NCBI GenBank assembly: GCA_030141605.1
Contig: JAQGDQ010000369.1
Coordinates: forward strand, 124,001-188,000
Direction: 5' to 3'
DNA from: Tubiluchus corallicola
Lineage: Eukaryota; Animalia; Priapulida
Length of the DNA: 64,000 bases
Below, one piece after another: positions 19,567 to 34,300 of the stretch. Made by a program: the position numbers and the translations under genes. Each line of letters starts with the position of its first letter. Position 1 is the stretch's first letter. The notes under the pieces were generated by a model that saw only the letters and a program-made list of their open reading frames with translations, made no database searches and was not told where the DNA came from.

Positions 19567-22500
19567 CACTAGATAATTGTTAAAGTGTATATAGGTACTA
19601 TGCCTATTGAGCTAGTCTGATATAAAACTTCTTTACCCTAAATTTATTAAAACTGCAGCAGTCTGAAGTGTTTAAGAATGTTGAGAATAATTATCTTGTT
19701 TTGATAAAAACTAAAAAATTTTTAAATTTTTTTTTCGATATTTCAAACGTGCACGTTCATTTCAGATGTTGTTGCTTACGTGGAAGTGCGAACAGAATAT
19801 GAAAACAGATCGCAGGGTGTTGCCAAGGCACTGGAAGAGCTGGGTGCTCGGGTCGTCCCAAAGTTTTACAGTGCGGTGACACATGTCGTTTTTAGGAATG
19901 GCAGGCCGAGCACGCGACAGAGGGCAGTGAAAAGAGCCGTGCCCATAGTGTCCGTACTTTGGGTTGAAGCGTATGTGGTACTTACTACTAGATGGCTACT
20001 ACAACAAACATTTGTTGCTTTTTACAGTTTTTGAAACATACGAACACATTTTTAATAAATGCGACAAATGATTTCGTTATTTTGTCTGTATTCATTTATC
20101 CACTAACATGTATTATCTTTCTGTTTTGCAGTTGCCGTCAACAACGGGCCAAAGTTGATGAACATTTGTACCCTATCTTAGACGACAGTGAGAAAACGCC
20201 TGGCCGTCTACGGGTAAATTTTTACTAACTTTAGGTGTCCTGCTTAGACACGTTGCAGACGTTCAGTACTCTCCATAAATATACAAAGTTAATTGGTTGT
20301 TTGATTATGTTTGTATATTAGCAGAATGCTGGAATAGTTTCTTACAATCTTACAAAATGCAGGTTACAACATCATGCAAAGCAATGTTGTTGAACGATTA
20401 GGGGGGGGGGTTTCACTATTGAAACGGGAAAATGCAAACTTTCTGATTATGCATTTAAATATTATTATGAACCTGTAAAACATCGTAAGAAATTTTAGGT
20501 AGACTTTGTGTTTCCGCCTGATTGAGGTGAGCAAGTATCGATTTGGTTTGTATGTTTAACGTCCCAATGTTTTTTTAATTTGCAGATTTTGTCATTTGAC
20601 CAAACAAATAGGTTTATTGACTTTACGGATTTCTATACTAATCGGTAGACTTTAGCCCTGTAATGATACATCGATGCATCGTGATACTTTTTGTGACGAT
20701 ACCTGTATCATCAAAATGCACCAGTATCGCGATAATGTGAATTATTAATATTTAGCACAAGCTAGACCAGGGGTGTGCAAATTGCGGCCCGCCGAGAGAA
20801 TTTGTGCGGCCCGCAAAGAGATTTCTCAACCTAATGAAAGTGCAGCCCGGGCAATTAATTGAGTGTATCCAGCTGAAGTCCGTGCCACGATCCCAAAGAT
20901 AGTGCGGGTAGTTTTTTCTACTAGATCGGATGCCATTAACCCTTACAAGACGGTTGTAGCTTAATAACACTGTACTACACGGATTGTGTGATACACATCA
21001 CTAATATGCATTGTAATGAAATTACCACTATCTGTCATGAAAGTAGAAATATATGGTTTGTAATATAAATTTTAAAAACTTCTAAAATAGTTTCTTGAGC
21101 CTAGTAGTAATGATGTACGCAGGTCGGGTGCAAAAAATCGTTATTAGGCCTTTCTGTACTTGGCTCCTTGATCAAACTGCTTGTGGCCCCGCAGGAACTG
21201 CGGGAAAGTTTAATGTGGCCCGGTTAGTCAGATAATTTGCACACCCCTGAGCTAGACTGTCCGCTGATAAAAACTGCGTGAATTAATTCAAGGTACAACT
21301 GTAACAAGAATCAGTGTAATGAGTGCAGCATATATAGGCAGCTTGACCTTGACAAAGTCAGATCTGCTGCTAGCAGTCAGCCAAAGCGAGCGGTTGAAAG
21401 TGCAGAGTGTTTGTAATAATGTATAGTAAGCTAATTATGTTTTATACGTTTATTACCCAGAATTTATTACCCTAAGCATCTGCCATTTTCTCACTTTTGA
21501 CAGAGATTCAGAAGCATGCAGCCGAAGGAGTTTAACGAGGAGCTGATAATGAAGAGCGTAGAACGATATCGGAAGCAACGGCGGCAGAGAGAGAGGAGGG
21601 AATTGCGGAAGCTGCTTTTCCGGTCTCCTGATGCTGACATCAGTTTAACTGTTCGTGATACACTTCCCAAGGTATCTCAACACCATTTTTTCTTCTTGCC
21701 ATTGTTTTTTCTTGCACAGACAACTTTTAATGGTATCTATAGGGATGTACCGCATTTTCCCCCCGAATATCAGTATGAAAATCTGATGGGGGGCATCCTT
21801 CGGTTTTTAATCACTGAAGTTTTGGTGAACCTTCGGTATCCCAAAGTTACTTTTCTAAAAAATTTCACATTTCGGTGAAAATTATGTTAAATGAATTGCA
21901 TCTATTTTTTCGATATCTATAATATTTGTCTCTTAATTCTTTTAAAAATTTATATGCAAAAAGTTGATAGAAACAGCGAGCACGGCACAACGCCGACATT
22001 TTTGTTTCTGTTTCTGTATAACTCCAAGAATGTGATGAAATTAAAATACGGTAAAAAAAAAATCGAAGTGCCGTTTATTGAAAATTTCATTTATACGTTT
22101 TACTAATGTAGTGTGTACAGGACTGTAAGCTGAGCTCATCATTAAATAAATCCTGAGCTAATAGCATGACATTGGACATTTATAAAATCTTAAATATTAA
22201 CTTATAATGCAATTCATGCAAAATACGCTTTACCGATTGATTACTGATGCTAAGTTCAGTGAAATGCTTCCGAGCAGAGCGCTTCGGACTCCACAGCAAA
22301 GCTTGTCTAACACTTTTCCGGGTTCCGTACAGTTCGTGGGGCCCCCACCAGTCTGTTATTCATTAGTGTACCTCGTGTACATAGTGTATCAACCCAGGGC
22401 AAGATGTTGTTACAGGTGGGAACAGTCTCATTATGGTAAATGTTAAAGTGGCACCGAAATTCACGCTGAACTGCTGTAACAGACTCGTTATTCTTCACGT

Positions 22501-25500
22501 AACTGTTGTAGGCAAACGTTCGATGATCTATCGCCCACAGCGCCGTGGCTTGACCTGGAAAGAAAAGAAAATAAATAAAAGAAAAAAGAAAAAATAATTT
22601 GCTAAGACACCACTGGCATAATGGCACTTGCCAGACATATGACAGTCCCCCTGGGGCAGAGTAATAGCCATTTCACAAATGCCCGTTCTCTCTGCCCCAC
22701 CCTGTATAACCACCAAGCAAGAAATTTTGCTTATCGGTTATGATCAACTGAATGTATTAATAGTCGCTAGGCAAACATTGTCAAGAAAAATGTCTGGTTT
22801 TGTCCAAGCTTTTCAACATTTTACGAAAATGAGCTGAGCTGCACGATGTCAGAAAGTTTGGCGGCTTCAGTTAGTAAATGCTTTATGCTCAGAGTAGATG
22901 CTATTGTGTGGCAAAAATATACAATGCAATAAATAATATCCTTTAATTTCTCATTCTAGCTAGCCGATACACCAGAATATCAATCCAGACATTCAATACC
23001 AGATACTCCTTTATCAATGCGGCATCGAAGAGATGAGGGACAGAGAAAGGAGACACCTGAACGAGGTCTGTTATGACATAAATATCATTTATTAAGTTGG
23101 TGTGAAGAACACTGAATAAATGTCAGACTAGTTTATACAAAAATGCCACACCTTGAAAATTTTAAAATATGTATTAAAGCATTCTCTAGACATACGGTAA
23201 AGTATTTCTGATGATAGCTATTACATAACTGTCGAATAGAAACTGCAGTTGTATCAGTTTGCATTCTTCATTCACGTCATTTTTACAGTATAGATTTTGA
23301 GCGCATTTTGCCTTTTTTTGGGTTTTGGTGTTTGTTCTTGTAGTGTGATAGTAATATTCAAGTATACTTTTGTCGTCTATTGTAGTTTATTGTGAATAAA
23401 GTTTTTCAATTGTGGCTGGAATTTACATTCATTACATAACATTGGATATTTTAAATGTCTGGTTTTTCTTTTCCTAAAATGCACTACAGTGTTCCCTCGC
23501 CAGTTCGCGGTTCGTTTATCGCGGACTCGCTGTTTCGCGGGTTTTTGCGGTACTCCGTCTAAAGTATTTTTGCACATGCTTAGTAAGTATTATACAGTAA
23601 TGTATAGATTTGATGAATTTTGCATAAGGAATCACAAAATGTATAAAAATATATTAAAAATATTAAATCTAACATTAAAAGAATATGATAAAAAATTACC
23701 ATTTACAGTAAATAGTGTATTTATTCGGCAGATGAATATACACCAAAATTGAAATGTAGTACTTGTGCCCGCAAATAGGTATAGCGTCCCTACTTCACGG
23801 ATATTTCCTGGAATGAAACACCCGCGATAAGTGAGGGAACACTGTATTAGCTAATCGATTCATCCATATTATGTCCATTTTTAATGTTCATATTTTATTC
23901 TCTGCTACAAAATGCCAGGTATGAGTTTGATGCTATACTCTTGTCAAACAGTTTTGTTGTACCAAATTACAATATGGCGTTTGCAAAAAGCTTTGAAACT
24001 GCTTGTCGGTTGTCAAAGTTGAAACGATATGAATTATTTGCACGGCATAAATTGTTTAGGTACACAGCAAAATGGCGGTGAAAGCCCACCGTACATGAGT
24101 CCACTGGAGAAAAGATTACTTGGTAAGTGGACTGTGTCGCACTTTTCTAATTCGCTGTAGCAACTTTTAATATTTGTGAGACGACTTTGCTTATGAATGT
24201 GATGTGAGTAAAGTTAAGCTCAAATGTACTAAAATACTTTCTTGTTTTTTTAGCCAATTTATTGAAGCAAGAATATTCAGTAGACAATGAGTTATGAGTG
24301 CAATTTTGTTTTGGAGATATTTTCTCTACAAACATAATATGTATTGGCTTTGGTGGCCCGTTGAAAAATTAAAGTGGAAAACCTATGATAAGATTTGCCT
24401 GTACAGTTCATCAAAGTTCATCAACTAAAATCACTTAATTAGTCATCATGCTTTCATCAGCATCATGTCGGGCCTTACTAAATTAGCACTGTATGTGCTT
24501 GTCTGTGAAGTTAAGCAATATTGGGCCCGGCTAGTAGACAGGTAAGTAACTGTTAGGAAAACAGCACCTGTTCTTTCATGTGTTATAATCCCCCAACTAT
24601 TTGTCTTGCTCTGGCAGGATGTAGTAGACCTGATTAAAGTATCTTTGCTAGTTCAGTCATAACTTGCAAATCATCAAGCTGCAGTTTATAAGCAGCTTAT
24701 TGCAACTTTAATGGAAAATGGACCGAATGACAAATCTTAGCACAAAATGATCTAAAATATGAGATATTTAAAGGGAAAATATTGTTTTTTCAAGAATGAC
24801 TTGCGTGAAAGAATTTTTAACACTTACATTTAGTTTTGCATTGGCACTGTTAATCTTTCACTAGTTAAACCAGGGGTGTGCAAATTGCGGCCCGCGGGCC
24901 ACTTGCGGCCCGCGAAGAGATTTGTCAACCCAATGAAATTGCGGCCCGCGAAGAGATTTGTCAACCTAATGAAAGTGCGGCCCGCGAAGAGATTTGTCAA
25001 CCCAATGAAAGTGCGGCCCGCGAAGAGATTTGTCAACCTAATGAAAGTGCGGCCCGGGCGATTAATTGAGTGTATCCAACTGAAGTCCGTGCCACGATCC
25101 CAAAGATAGTGCGGGTAGTTTTTCTACTAGATCGGATGGCATTAACCCTTACAAGACGGTTGTAGCTTATTGTCACTGTACTACACAGACTGTATGATAT
25201 ACATTACTAATATGCATTGTAATGAAATTACCACTATCTGTCCTGAAAGTAGAAATATATGGTTTGTAATATAAATTTTAATAACTTCTGTAAAATAGTT
25301 TCTTGGGTGTAGTAGTAATGATGTATGCAGGTCGGATGCAAAAAAATCATTATTAGGCCTTTCTGTACTTGGCTCCTTGATCAAACTGCCTGTGGCCCGC
25401 AGGAATTGCGGGAATGTTTAATGTGGCCCGGCTAGTCAGATAATTTGCACACCCCTGAGTTAAACGGTCAACACACACAATGCTTCCATCCCAGAAATGT

Positions 25501-28500
25501 GTTGCATGAAAAACATGCACTGTCATTCAGTTCGGCTCTGACATGGAAACCCAAACTAGATTTCCTTTAAACACTTTTTCATTTTTATTTGTAGAACGTT
25601 TTTCGCTAGAGAAGAAAGCTGGAGCCGATTCATCTTCGACTTCCGCCAAACGGTCAAGAAAGGAGTTGTCGTCGTCGTTGTCATCATCATCATCTGAATC
25701 AAACACTAGTTCTGTAGCTGATACATCCTTGACAAGGATTACTCGTTCCAGTAAGACACAGACTTCTGGTAATCATTGCATACTAAGTTATCACATTTTC
25801 ATTTTTCTGTTTTTTTATACTAAAGTATACTTATATTACAGTGCTCAAACGTTACAATGTTACAATTAATATGTTGATAAGAAATGTGTAAATCGTAGTC
25901 GTATTTATTAGTAAATTAATTTATTTGTTATATCGTTAATATTGCCTCTACAAATATCGCTTTGTTGTAAACTGTTACTAATTTTTGAATCATTTTTGTC
26001 AACAAGCAGCACAAATCTAACCCATATGCTGATTATTTTATAAATACAGTCATACTTCTGTTTTCGACCATAATTCGTTCCTAAAAAGTGTTTAAAAACA
26101 GATTAGGTTGAGTACCGAATCATATATTCCCATAAGAAATAATGTAAAAGCAAATAATCCGTTCTCAAGCACCAAATGAACTGTAAAGTATTACTAAAAC
26201 GAAATATAATAATGCAAAAATGTTTACTCAAACAGTAGATATGATATTATTGATAAAAAACTATAATAGAATTACATGGAAAGAAGAATATAATCATTCC
26301 TGCATGAAAAAACCTTGCGTGTTGGTAGCAGTGTGATGGCATACGTAGGCAAGATCGGAAACGGGCACTCTCGTAGGATTACTCTCGGGCACGGTCGGTT
26401 ATGCTCGGCTCGTCGCGCATCCGTTCATCACGTGCTTGGCAGTCGGTCGAGTAGCGAAATTTTGGTCGAGAGCGGAGACAATTTCAGGTCAAAAACCGAT
26501 TTGTACAAGTACAGAGATGGCCGAAAACGGAAGTATGACTATAACTCAAAAACCATGGTATGTAGAGTTGCGGAACTAGGTGGGATAGTTACCTGAGAAT
26601 GTGCTGAAATGATAGGGTGCTTAAAAGATTGAGATTGCTTAAGGGTCCGACATGTGAAAATTAGGAAAACTGCTCAGCTGCACTTAAGTAAACTACACTA
26701 GACCAGGCATAGTCAAGTGATAACTAGTCATGAGCACCCTGGATGCTAGTTAATCACACACCATTGAGCCACACTGGCACAGGCATAGTCAGGTTATAAA
26801 CATGGTCCTGTTCGTGGAGCACCCTGGATGCTAGTTAATCACACACCATCGAGCCACACTGGCACAGGCATAGTCAGGTTATAAACATGGTCCTGTTCGT
26901 GGAGCACCCTGGATGCTAGTTAATCACACACCATCGAGCCACACAGGCATAGTCAGGTTATAAACATGGTCCTGTTCGTGGATTTGAATTTGACTTCGTT
27001 TAGTTTTGTTGTTTCGTGATATTTGTTTTGTATGTTTTTATTTGTCATCTGCGGATATTCTTGCAGGGAAAGCAGAAAGGCAGGTTGAATCAGAACTACA
27101 AAATCAGAAACCCACTTTGAAGAAGAGGAAACTCTACCATCCAGTGGACAGCTGTGTGCCCCAGTCGAGGCTGACCACTCCCCAAGATACCTCCCGAGCC
27201 GAGATCTCCGGGTCAGCTCTTCTTATCGGAAATACAATGCCAAGAAAAGGTTGGTGTTTGAAACCACATTGTACATGGAGTGATTGTTGGTTTTACCATT
27301 CAGCGTGCTGTGATAACTCACTCAATTCTTTATCACAGTTTTCAGCTGTTTAACAAGCTGAGGCAAAGACTGTCTGTCACTGACCATTGCATTATTTAAT
27401 TTGTACATTTGACAAATCTCATATACAAAATTATGCTACAAAATTTTATTAAAATTTCTCTGTGAATACTTTAACTGCAACCAGTTTTAAAACTTCTCCA
27501 AGTCATTTTAACGCTGTAACAACAAACTTGATTTCACTTTTTTACACTGTTTTTTTTCTTGTACTAACTTGTTAATATGCAACTGAGGTCATCTGATACT
27601 AATACTTTAGTACAACATAGAACTAGCCTTGTTTCAGCTGCAGATAGATCTTTTTCCAGTGCTGCCCCCTCGTTTATGGAATGCGCTTCCAGATGAGGTT
27701 AAAAACTCCCGAAGTATTGCTGTTTTTAAAAGTTAAATTAAAACATTTTTAATCTTAGAAGGTTTTTAACTCTGGTCTGTACAACGTAGTACAATGTTAA
27801 ATTTTTAAGCGTTTGCGTGTAAATGTGCACCTTAAAATAAGGTTCATGGATTTTTTGTGAATTCAAAATGTTTGTAATGCCAAAGATCATTTTTGTATGG
27901 ATTTTAGGCAATAAACATTACCTTTCAAATTTACATTTCAAACTTAATAACTCAGTTGTCCACATGGCTTTGATGCGGAGCCCTCAATTTGCTTTTGAAA
28001 GTACTAAATATTTGGTGCACTAATCACATCGTCTGACGAGGCATTCCAGCAGGGAATAAGTTTTTCAGTGAAGAAGTGACCTCTTATGTTAATGCGATAG
28101 AAACATTGAAACAGTTTCATCGAATGTCCACGCAGATCATGGTTGCGATTAGTCGGGATGAAGAAGTCATTTTTACTCAAGATGGTCAACTCATTCAAAA
28201 TTTTGAAACAATGAATGAGATCTATAGTTTTGCATCTCTGATACAGAGAAGTAACATCCTAAGCTTGTCCATCCGTCATAAATCGAGGGCAACGACTCTG
28301 AATCTGGTTAACTAGGGTGGTGTACTGTGGTGACCCAGCATTTGCTGCATACTCAATTAATAATATTATTCTGACACGTTAATTATAAATCACTTTAATG
28401 CAACTTAAGTATACAGTAAGTTACTGTGAAACCCTTGAGGAATTCACAGCAGAAACTTTAATTAAGCACAATTTGTTTTTTATTGTTGATCTTTATTATT

Positions 28501-31351
28501 AAATAAATATGATCATATTAAAAATACTTAAAAATTAGCAGTCAGAAACTGATTTTGTAAGGTCCTACATTAACAGTTTTCTGTAAAAATCTGTTTATTT
28601 GGTTGTTTTTCAGGTCAAAAGTCAAGGCAGTCATTGTCCTGCATTTCGGCAGCCAGCAGTTCACTAGCTGTCATTGATAACGATACACCGATTAGACGAA
28701 GATCCACCCGACGTTCATGCGTTCCTGCTCTTCTTGAGGGACACGAATTAGCTTGCACCTCTAATCCCAACAAAAACCAGTTGATGGACGAACACGATCA
28801 TAGGAAAGCTGGGAAATCTCCCTCACAGGTGCTCTCTGTTTTGAAGACGGTTGTACCTTCACGAAACAGCATTGAGGAATTTAGAAAAGGTTTGTCGGCC
28901 ACATCATATAGCATGACAAAAATAAAATAATAAGTATAATCTATAATAGGTTATTGTAATGCACACATTGTTAGTGTGTTTTGTGTTTGCAAATTTTTTG
29001 ATTCAATGATATTTGTTGTAATAAATGTTGCTACACACATTAAGCACAAACTTTACGAACATAAGGCATGAAACGCTAAGTTTATATTATTCATATGTTA
29101 CTCACTGTGTCTCGCCCGTGTTACCACTTAATTGTTTGGTTTCGTCCGCCTGTTACCCGCTGTGTCTCGCCCGTGTTACCATCTAATTGTTTGGTTTCGT
29201 CCACTTGTTACTCGCTGTGTCTCGCCCGTGTTACCATCTAATTGTTTGGTTTCTTCCACCTGTTATACCCGCTGTGTCTTGCCCGTGTTACCATCTAATT
29301 CTTTGGTTTCGTCCGCCTGTTATACTGGCTGTGTCTTGCCCGTGTTACCACTTAATTGTTTGGTTTCGTCCGCCTGTTATACCCGCTGTGTCTTGCCCGT
29401 GTTACCATCTAATTGTTTGGTTTCGTCCGCCTGTTACTCGCTGTGTCTTGCCCGTGTTACCATCTAACTGTTTGGTTTTGTCCACCTGTTACCCGCTGTG
29501 TCTTGCCCGTGTTACCATGTAATTGTTTGGTTTCGTCCGCCTGTTACCCGCTGTGTCTTGCCCGTGTTACCATCTAACTGTTTGGTTTTGTCCGCCTGTT
29601 ACCAGCTGTGTCTTGCCCGTGTTACCATCTAATTGGTTGGTTTCGTCCGCCTGTTATACCAGCTGTGTCTTGCCCGTGTTACCATCTGCTTGTTTGGTTT
29701 CGTCTGCCTGTTACTCGCTGTGTCTCGCCCGTGTTACCACTTAATTGTTTACTTTTTTCTTAGACTAATTAGAATAATTATTTGTACTAATTAGAGCATT
29801 TTAGTTTTTATTCATTCTTATAGTGTGGTGACTAATTGGTGAAAGTATAATTAGGTTTGTATGAAGAACTGTTGATCACTTCTACTTCTCTGGATTGTAA
29901 TTAATCAATCAGCATCTTTAACTAAAATGCACTAATTTGTGTCCTATCTGGACTGTCACGTGGTTTATTTAAAAAATATTGAAAAAACTTATTTCGGGTA
30001 ATACGAAGTTTTTTTTTCAGAAGTGGTTAAACTAAAGAGGAAGCAAGGAAGATCTCAGAAAAGTGGTACCGCAACTGCTACCTCTATTTCATCTACAGAT
30101 GGTACATCCAAGGTCAAAAGGTCAAGGAATAGTAGAACATTGAAGTCAAAGCACACAGAGAAATATGCTAAATCACTGGTTATGACGAGTTTGCATAGAG
30201 AGTACGTTGTCTTTCTCTTTGTCTGACTTCTTGTTGGTAGCGTGGTTTCAGTGTTAAAGGAGAAGCCCAGCCTTCTGGGAACTTAGCATTATTTCTATAG
30301 AGTTAATGTCATATCAGTTTGTGACATTGGTAGAAGATATTTCTGCATAAATATTAGTCAAGTTGCAGAAGTTTGAATTAGTTTAAGAGCACCACACGGT
30401 TACAGACAGCCATGACGTGTTTATGAAAAGTCAAGAACTCACTGATACTTCAAAATTTTCAAGTGCGCAACTCCAACTGAAAATTTCTGTGAGGCGTTTG
30501 GATAAATTAACTTTATGTTTTTCTAAGTTTAAGTGACAACAGTAAAATAAACCCAACATGCTAAGTGATTTGTTTTTTCCTTTAAAACTGCTGACAATAA
30601 GTGCTGAATGTATTATTGTATTACGATGTTATTATTATTGTTAAAGGAAGATGGGTGATTTTTCATATACGACCCCATTTTTAATCCGATAAAAGTATAC
30701 ATTTTGACACAATTAATACTGCAAAAGCGTTTTTGATAAATAAATTATAGATTAAAAACTTAATTAATGGGGGGGGGCGAGCCCAACTATTGATGACATC
30801 ACAAACTAACATAATTTTCAACAGCAAAAATATTCCACGAGCGTGTTGCACGTGTTTGTGAAAGAGAAAATTGAAGTACAGTGCTACTATAAGAGATCCA
30901 GTGTGTTGTGCTAAAGCTAGGCAAGTTTTAAGATAAAAATTCAAATTTCAAATTTGCCGCTGTACTCACGCATGAGCTGTCCAACATGTGCAGTTCCTTA
31001 CAAGCTAAACAAACTGAACTGAGAGGTACAGCACCCGGTTTTTGTGCAATTTGTTTCCGAAATTCAGGCGCTAGTGCCAGTCTAACTAGCGGATGGCGAA
31101 ATGCATGTAACAGTGAAGAACTAGTGGCGCGAACGTGAAATTGTGTTTGTGTGGTAATTTTAAGACCAAAAGTTGCATCATTTTATATATTACCTGTGTA
31201 CAAGTCGACCATAAAATATTAAGATCTTCCAGAGTAAAGGATGTCAACAATGGCCGAGTAATAAATCAATAGCCTACTGTTTTTGTGTGTAAGATACGTG
31301 CAAGTGTCTGGGCCGAGTATATTATATCTACCCGATGTATATGTGTGTGTG

Positions 31352-31383
<32 letters not shown>

Positions 31384-34300
31384 TGCGTGTGTGTATATTC
31401 ATGTTAATGGTATTACTAAAATAAATTACAGTAATATTTGTTAATTTTGTGAAGTAATGTCAAGATGCAAACATTTTCTGATGTGAAATATCACAGTATG
31501 ATTGTTCATTCAGTCCAGCGTATAATGAAGGATTATTTCTTTACATATTCGTATCATAGACGTCTCTTTAGCGACATCTTCCTAAACCATATCGTAAGTG
31601 TAAGTCGACCCCAAAAAATTTCACCTTAAAATCGCCTCCCAAAAATTCGACTTGTACATAAGTATATACGGTATGTTAAGAAAATGTCTTTCAAGTAGAA
31701 ATTTAATTGGTGATTTGATATGTAGTGCTAAGTAGAAGAGTAATTCTAGTTTTTCTTTATTCTAGTACTTTTTAAGTGTTTTATTTACATTCCTCTTGCT
31801 TGACACGTGGTTGTTTATTTATGCAATTTAAACTGTAATAAGGGATCAAAAATGTTTGGGTGAACTTGATCCAACTGTTTATCTTTTCCTGTTAGCTTGT
31901 GACATTAACTGACGCTTTAACTTCTGGGATCTGTAGTGTTTGGTTTGGTGTATTTTTGCATCTGCGGTTGCAGTTTAGCTTTTGTAAGATTTTGTATCCC
32001 ATCTATTTACAAGAAAACCAGATGATTGATTAGACTCAATTTCATTTTAATTTACTCTCTAAAAATTACCTTTTCTTGCTTATAAATGTTTCTAGTATTT
32101 AAATAATTACCTTGGAAAATTAATTAACGGAAACCGAACACAGCTATCTCTTACGTAACAAAAGAAACCACAGTTGTGCAATGGTAGGCATCCTCCCTGG
32201 GTGTCAAGGACGTTTGCGTAAGTGAGGATTGCTATAAGACGCTGATGTGATGTCACAAAAATGAGCTGTATGTCACACTGACGTCACAGACGAAAATTGC
32301 AGTTCATGATCATGCTTATCACGGTACGGCACCTATTTGTCGGCTACACAAATGTGACAAAAATGTGCCAATACCAGTCTTAGTGGATTCACTGAGTCGC
32401 AGGCAGTTTAGAAAGTTGAACAAACTTTAACTATCCGAGGTAATTGTTTAATATAAGCTCTGATTTAAAACAAGTTCTTGTAATTTTCAATATTTTAGTG
32501 CATTCTTTATTCTGAACTAAAGTCTACACAATCGTCCAGTTTTCCTTTAATGACGTGATATTAGTACGTCGCTAGTAAAGTTGTCGTGGTTGCAATCTTT
32601 ACCAATCTTAATATGTTTCGAATTTGTTTTGTTTCAGGGAGCAGGACATTGTTATATCAATTGTGAACAAACTTGGAGGCTTCCGCTTAGTAGACACGGT
32701 AACCGAGGCAACGACTCACGTAGTTTGCGGTGCAAATCGTAGAACTCTTAACGTGTTACTGGGTATTGCTAGAGGTTGTTGGTTGCTCAGTCTCGAGTGG
32801 GTGAGTCACATTGCTAATTGTTTATTCTGCATTTGCATTAGTTACGGTTCAAGTTAACTCCTTCATAACCGCAAAAATAGATCTTATAAGACCTATGATT
32901 TTTCTGCTACTGTATGAGCACAGGTATAACTACATGATTACAAATTAGGCACTGCATTATTCAGGACAACATCGGCTATCCAATCACACTATTTGTTTAA
33001 ACGTTTTGTAAATGATTTAATTGGATGAAATGAAGAAAAGCATGCGCTCTTCAGGCACTCCAACTTAGCCTATTGTATATGACATCCATTGTAAAATTGT
33101 CTTGTACTTTCTTACATATCTCAGTTCTTGTTATGTACGTCTTAATATATCTATGTATTTCACTTTTTACATTAAATGAGGTTTTTCTTTGTACAGTTTA
33201 CTTTAATAGTAAGAAGTGTACAATATTAGTTAATCAATGTAAAAAATAAAACATGCTTTAATCAACATGTTTAAACAACAACGGCTTGATTAGATTTAAA
33301 GGAAAACCGGACGATTGTTTAGACTCAGTCTCATTTTAATTTACTGTCCAAAATATACATTTTCCTGCCTATAAAAGTTAACAATTGTTTCTTATGTTTG
33401 AATAATTAGCTTAGAAAGTTAATTAACGGCAACCGAACACAGCTATTGTTTGCGTCAGAAACTAACCTCAGTTTGTGCAAAGGCTCTCATCTTCCCTTGC
33501 ACATCAAGCACATTTGCTTAAGTGTTGCTGCTTAAATGCATGATGTCACGAAAAATGAGCTTTACATCATATGATGTCAGAAACTAGCACAGCAGTTCAT
33601 CATCATGGTTATCACGGTACCGTCTGCTATTTGTCGGGCACTTGCATGTAACAGAAAGGTGCCGTTGCCAATCTTAGTAGATTCACTGAGCCATGCGCAG
33701 CTTTGAAAGTTTAACGAAATTTGAGTATCCGAGGTAATTATTATTTAATCTGAGCTTTGATTTAAAAAAAGGTATTGTAGTTTTCAATATTTTAGAGAAT
33801 TCTTTATTCTGAACTTAAGTTTACACAATCATCCGGTTTTCCTTTAAAAATAAGATATTATGTAATGTAAGTAATGACTGTGTATTGAAAAGCAATTTGT
33901 TTTAGGTTATTAAGTCCCTAGAAGCTGGACGTTGGCTAAAAGAAGGACAATACGAGCAACACGAGTTTTTTCCTGCTTGTAAAGTAATTCAATTTATTAC
34001 AAAAATGATTCACTGACATTTTGTTATACTTAGTGGATGATAGGCTCTTGTACATAATTTATGTTTGTGTCAGTAATTATATGATATCAGATATGTTTTT
34101 CTAACAGAAACCTTTTCAAATATTTTGTTTGTTTTTGTAATAGATTCTGTCAGTCTTATGTATTTTGTTGCATCTTGATTTGTTTCGTTCATATGTCTAA
34201 TTTTGAAGTAATTTGAACTTGTAATATCTGTGTCACTTCTTGGTTTTGTCGTGCAGATAATCTTTGTAGCCGCTATCAAATATCTCTTTTTAAGTCGACT

